A stretch of DNA of 64,000 nt, taken from assembly GCA_032718475.1 (NCBI GenBank), contig JAUCBJ010008295.1, positions 62,202 through 126,201 on the forward strand, written 5' to 3'. This stretch comes from Nemertoderma westbladi. Lineage: Eukaryota; Animalia; Xenacoelomorpha. Below the pieces are notes generated by a model that searched no databases, was not told the origin of the DNA, and saw only the letters and a list, made by a program, of their open reading frames with translations. The translations under genes were made by a program, and so were the position numbers. Within the stretch, counting starts at the first letter, position 1. Every line of letters begins with the position of its first letter. This document shows positions 57,937 through 64,000 of the stretch, piece after piece.

Positions 57937-59655
57937 GTTGGATATGCGGACTCTCGAAAAATAGAAAAAAAAAAGTTAAACCCGTTCGCAGCCGCAGTCA
58001 GGCTGCGAACCTTCCCGTGTACACGTTTCTACATATAGGATATTCCGCGGAGTTCACTGTAGCTGGAGATCTACAATAGCTGGGAAGCTGAAATTTGGTA
58101 CACGTATATTTCGAGGAATTCTAAGATATTCCATAGTTTTATTTTTTTTAATTTCGACCCGGAAGTGTTAAAAATTTAACTCCAAAGTTAAAAAATTTAA
58201 CTAAAATCTGGAATTTTTTTATTCGCGGCTAATTATCTCAAAAACTATAGGGAAATTTCAAAATGTCTCTCTATCCGATTTTGCGCAGATAAATTATACA
58301 TAATCTATCAAAATTTCAGATTTCCGAAATTGGCCATTTTGGCCCTGTCTTCGTGGGAGTAAGAAAATTTTCAAAAAACGCTATTTTTCGATATAACGTA
58401 GCCTCGCGCTCCTAGCCCATTAGGCCTAGGGTCTTGAAACTTATACCACAAACGCGCCTATAGCGTGGGCATGTTCTCTGAAAATTTCAACCAAAAGGCA
58501 TTCAGTGGTCGGCTATGGGCAAGTCATAGACATTACTGCGCCAATTTTGGGCCATTTGAGCCAATTTCGTAAGCGCTCTAGCTCTGTTACTATATATCGG
58601 ATCGAGACCGTTCCACTTTTAATCTATAGAGGGAAGGTGGATCTATCTGCTCAATATTTCAGATCCGGACCTTGGTCAATTTTAGGGGTGGAAAAAGGGG
58701 GGACAAAAGGTGGAAAATCGCAAAATCGGAAAAAACCACTTTGGGGAAAATTAATTTTCTCAAAATTGTCTGCTTATTTTTTTTTTAAACTTTAACATGT
58801 TGTAGTACTACTCAATAGCTACCTTCTGTAGACAGAAAGTTAAGCACAAAAATCTACTATTTTCGAGTAAATGGACGACGGAAATTTTTGTCCACCAAAA
58901 AATCCGTTTTTTTCAAAAAACGCAAATTTTCGGGAGCCAATATCTCGAGAACCCTTGGTCTAGGGGCTCCAAAAAAAAAATGAAGCCTGTCTGATTTTTT
59001 GAGTTCTACAAATCCACTATACATTGTTTTATAAAAAAAATTAATCTTCAGGGGCCATAGGGGGGACAAACTTTTTTAAAAAAGGGCCGATTTTTTTTAC
59101 TAAATTAGCCATAAATTGGCCAAAAGTGGTTTTTATCGAAAATGGTCAAATAACTTATTATACCATTTATTCTTGCGCAACTTTTCACCAAATTTCAGCG
59201 TTTTTTATTTTTGACGAAAAATCACGGTGCTACCCCCCCTTATGAGATTTGTCAATTTTTGACGATTTGCGCAAAAAAAAAATTTTTGCCCGAAAACACA
59301 TTTTCTGGGCAATATTGATGCGCTGATTCCAAATTTTGAAACTGTTTTCGATTTTGTTCGACTAAAAATTTTTTAAAGCACTTTAAATACCGTATTTTTA
59401 ATGGAAATTGTTTTTTATAATAATAATAAATTTCCAGATCGGTTTTTCTTTGTCGAATCAACTTCTATTTGGTATTATCAGATGCGCGCGTTCAATACGA
59501 GTCTTTTGAGCTATATACCGCCGTTGTATCTGTTATTCTTCAGGAGTTAGAAGCGTTTTAGTGGGGGCGGACATCAAATCTCATTACTTGCCCAGCCCAC
59601 ATTGCCCGGTCATTCAACTCATTACTCCTAAGCCAGGGAGGGAATGGGGTGGGTT
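57937..59655. mobile_element. Same element, copy 4 (right boundary unresolved)
   Basis: Shared core; its 3' part resembles copy 1 (51240-51530) rather than copies 2 and 3. Confidence 0.7.
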
Positions 59656-62600
59656 ACTTACTCTACAGCAGTGTGCGCATGTGGAATACACTGTGTTTGG
59701 TGCTTGGATTAGAGTTGCATCAGTTGGTTGCTAGGTGATGGTTTGATTGAGATGGCATGGCTCTCTGGCCTTTATAAACTCATCAACTGCCAACTGCTCA
59801 GTAGTTGAAGTCAGCCTGTACAGGTGCTGAGGTGTATGCAGGTATTCTGGTATGTGTAAATCCTTTACTGTACTGCTGTACTGTACAGAAAATGATTTGT
59901 GCTGTATTGGTACTAACACTGCTGCAGTGTTACTGTTACACAGTTCTGCAGTTCACAGTTAGGTGGCCCTGACTGCCTGACATATGCTTACTGACAGACT
60001 GACATACGCTGAAACCGGTAGGGAGAGCCAATTTGTGATTAATTTATTTACAGTTACTACTACTGCAGTACTGTACTGCAGTACTGTACTATATAAATTA
60101 AATAGGCCCCTATAATATAGGCCTACTTATGTATGAATAAATGCAGTGTGGGTAGAACTGTACAGCTGTAGGCCCATGGCCTGGCCAGGCCTACAAGATA
60201 TCAGGATATCCAGATGTCGGCAGTAGTGATGAGCATGCAGGCATGAGCCTAGCCTGCTAAGAGAATACCGTTACCGCAGTACCGGTATATTATTGATGCA
60301 TTCCTACATACAACATACTGACATAGGCCTACGGTAGGCCGCCTACCTGCATATTCATATTTTTAGGTTCGTTATGGTTACAGTCTCGTTGGCTGGTTGG
60401 CGGACTGCCGGATACTGGCAGACTGGGATACTAAACCACCACGTTCACCCACGATACAAAAAGACTGATTTGCAATTGCATTGCACAGCGCTGCTCAGTC
60501 AGTCAGTTTATGCCGTATACACTAAGGAACTCTACACAAACCCTCTGCACACTGCCCATGGAAAACTCTGACAAAAACATATCCACTAAACTACTCGCGA
60601 ATGTAACGAAAGAGATTTATCCCCCTGATAAAATGACTTTAGTAAATCGGATGTAGTGGACAACAGCGAATAGATCCATCCTGCAACACCAAACCAATGA
60701 CAGGTGACAGTCTGGAAGATGGGTACAACTTCGAGATTCTGTTCTGTGCCTCGTACGGGCACTGGGATGTCGGAACTCCAATGCATCACGCGGTAGCTAA
60801 GATGGTGTGTCGTAACGTTGTAACTGTATCCTTTTGTCAGTTTATAACTGCATGGGTGTATGATCTGGGGATAGCTCAGGGTATATTGCAAAAGCAGGTT
60901 AGTTACAACGGGATGACGAGATACGTTCTTGTTGGTCAGGAAGCTGGGTTCTACTTCAGTACTGCAGTATGTGAGGGTATATCGCTCAGAACCAGGGAAC
61001 AACAAGCCGAGTGACAGTTGAGATGTACAGAAGTCCAGTGTTCATAACGTCCTATAAACCGCAGTGACGGACACCATGTACAACGCCATATACCTGTAAA
61101 CGGACTGCAATGTCGGCAATGCGGGCAGAAGGTTGGATCCCAGTAGCTGCGGTTTGGAATTTGTAAATTATTTAATTGCCTGCGTTTTGTATTCTTATAA
61201 ATATCGCTGTTATATTAATAAATAATATTTATAAAGAATTTCCAGTTTTAGAATAAAGAAGTTAAAAAAAGTGATAATTTATTCTGAAGAATTTTCTTAT
61301 TTATTTTTTTCATTTAAAGTTCCTATTCATATTGAGAAGATTTGTGGTCTTAGTAATTCAGGTAATTTTTTACAAAATTGTTAAACAAATTTTACAAGAA
61401 AGTTCGAATTATTTAATGCAACGCCATTTGTTTTATGGAAGATGTTATGTTAATCTCACTTTATTATTTCGTAATGTTGTTGCATTACTTTATAGTGTTT
61501 TAGCCCTGGCGGCTTTATTTCCATTTAGTCATTTCGTTCAATTCTGTGGCATTGTACTGGGATCAGCGTACAAAAATTACTACGGTATTTTACATACAAT
61601 GTAATTTATATGAATATAATAAGCAAGAATTCAGTTCCAATCTTGAATGAATAAATATAATTTGACGTCTCCATTTATTTACCACAATTTATTTTATTAA
61701 TAGTTTGGTATTTTTTAGTTATGACCCGTCCCCTCCATAAATTACGTCACTTGTGTACACTTGAATTTGAACAACCAACCCCCCCCCCCCCCCCCCCCTC
61801 CCCGAACCCACCTTCAGGTCCCGATTAAATGTATAATTAAATAAATTAAATTCTTCTTTCTACATAGTCACATTATTTTTTTCACTGTGAGTGTCCCATA
61901 TTACAGTATGGCGTCATATGTTGTTATACAGAGATATATATACCCCCCCCCCCCCCATCCTGCATTAGTCAAAGGGAGTGGGTGACCTTACGTACATGTG
62001 ACATGGCGAGACCATATCAACGCATTCTTACTACCCTGGGAAAAATTATTATTTCATATTTATTAATGTTGAATTTACACTTCAATCCAAATATTTGAAA
62101 TTTACAATAAAAATTGAAAAAAAATCCCCTCCCCCCTCCCCAACCACTTACACTCATGTCACAGGTTTATCACAATTTGAGATCCCCCCCCCCCCCCCCC
62201 CACCCCTCACTCTTGGCTGCGGCTTCATTTATGAAAGGGTCCATAGTGCATTTCTATTATATATTATATTTTATCTTAATGAAAATATATCTAAAAAGAT
62301 CTCAAATATTTTATCTTAAATATCTAGAAACTTTTTACATTCTTCGTTGAAAATTGATGCTTATTGCGACCCAGATCTAAACATAATATTTGCTTCATCT
62401 TTCAAAATATTATGACATGAGGCATATAACATTTTACCAATATACTCAGTCAGTTTATCAGTTTTAGGCTCGCGCCCTAACTTACTAATTTAGACATTAT
62501 TAGTTATTGTGCTTTTGGCAGTTTTATCACATATGTTTAACCCAGTATCACCCTTCATGACCATCTTTTCTACGCTTGTGGAAATGTAAGCTTATTACTG

Positions 62601-64000
62601 AAACTCTTATTAATTTTATTATAATTTGTATTGGAAATGTATTTGTGAATCAAATAATTTGAATCAACGACATTAAATAGTTAAATTATTATAATACAAA
62701 ATAACTATTTAGTAAAAAAACTATGGCTGAAAGCCTGGCGTCAATGCTCGAGTGACTCCTGTTCTGACCATTTCGGTGTCTCATTACAGAGTTCTAATGG
62801 TTCGGGGACTGGTATTGCCTTGGAGACGTCCACATTTATTCATTACTGAATTGAAATTATATTTTGTTTTTTGTTAAGTAAATCAATTATTACGGTTCAA
62901 GTGGGCATTAGTAACAAACTTAAACAGGCCTGTACAGAAGGGGTCTGAACAGAACGCAAAAATTAATAATACGGCCACCAAGACGGACCTCGGGCTGGGA
63001 AAATTCCACCTCTGTATTTTTAGATATTTTGAACTGCAATATTCTATAATTTATAATTTCCATTAAACTATTGTAGTTAAAAGTACAACAGTACATCACA
63101 TTAACCGTATTTGGCCCGGTTTTTTGTAATTCAACTGTATTTTTGAGACTTGTTTGTCCTGATTTCGTGAAACAGATTTCGTGACTTTCCCTCTACTGCA
63201 AACGGTAATTATGCTATGTTAGTTTTCGTGCGCTGAATTTTAAAAAAATAGTACGGCTCGCTAAATTAAATTAAATTGCGTTACTTATATAGATTTTGGA
63301 TGCTGTGGTCTGATTATGGAACTCAAACATTCGGGAAAAGTTCTGGTAATTTGAATAAAAGGAAATAGTGCAAATATGATGATGAAAAATCACACCCGAA
63401 TCAACATGACTTTAAAACCGTATGGATTTTCTGGGATGCGAATCACGATTATAATAACACCGAAATATATCGTAATTATTGTTTATGGCATTTTGGGATA
63501 TGTGTCAATGTGGAACGAAATATACAATAAGCGCAAACTTAATAATAAAAATTAATTAATAGGCTTCAAATTAACATTTTATAAATTTTAACATCTGTTT
63601 AGCCCGGTTGCCAAGGTAACTGGATTTTCTATTTAGCCTCAATCGGCTCTGCTATGGACCTTATAGTTGTGTTGCAGAAACCCCAAGTTTATATCTATTA
63701 TAGTTTTCCTACAAATAGAGTTATAAATATTGACTTGAAATACATAGACTTTTTTTGAAGTCCGTTGCCATGGAAACCAGATTTTTCCTGGATATGAGAC
63801 CCGGCCCAAAAGATGCGCCTCGCCGAGTAGTATATACATGCAAAATTTCAGGGTACTTTTAAAGGCTAGTTTTTTCACGCTATCAAAAAAAACCAAATCT
63901 GCCTCACACAAGTAAAATAGCCCACTATGAATAGACCATCTCAGCTAAGGAAAATCTTTCTTAGCGAAAGTAGTTGATTTTCCTTAGCTTCGTGGATTTG

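Noticed and set aside
50347-59069. Recurring short ORFs (GYGQVVDITAPI..., MSPLWPLKINFF..., MAINWPKVVF...)
   Set aside because: They recur only because the DNA unit is repeated; starts and stops vary between copies and no protein motifs are evident.

Overview
AT-rich, repeat-dominated eukaryotic (animal-like, probably invertebrate) DNA with no intact host gene visible. The centrepiece is a 28-kb nested LTR-retrotransposon structure inserted in a 45-bp satellite. An apparently intact BEL/Pao element (E1, + strand, 8760-36760, TSD AGTTG) carries a 2686-aa gag-pol ORF and an extra non-env ORF. Its 3' LTR is split by a related, internally deleted gag/protease-only element in the opposite orientation (E2, 23889-35919, TSD TGTGC). 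Neither element has a tRNA primer-binding site after its 5' LTR. In each, the first 11-12 nt after the LTR are instead complementary to a homologous site inside its own LTR, and the two sides change in a compensatory way between E1 and E2. U5 stems covary in the same manner. This is the architecture of Tf1-type self-primed reverse transcription, which I do not know to be described for BEL/Pao; it is the best candidate for a new system here. The rest of the window holds the 3' end of a Penelope-like element with a variant hammerhead ribozyme, two disrupted class-A GPCR sequences, tRNA-derived SINEs, several satellites and microsatellites, and a head-to-tail array of a non-autonomous DNA element with covarying hairpins. 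All alignments and counts were done by eye; boundaries other than LTR/TSD junctions and ORF ends are approximate.
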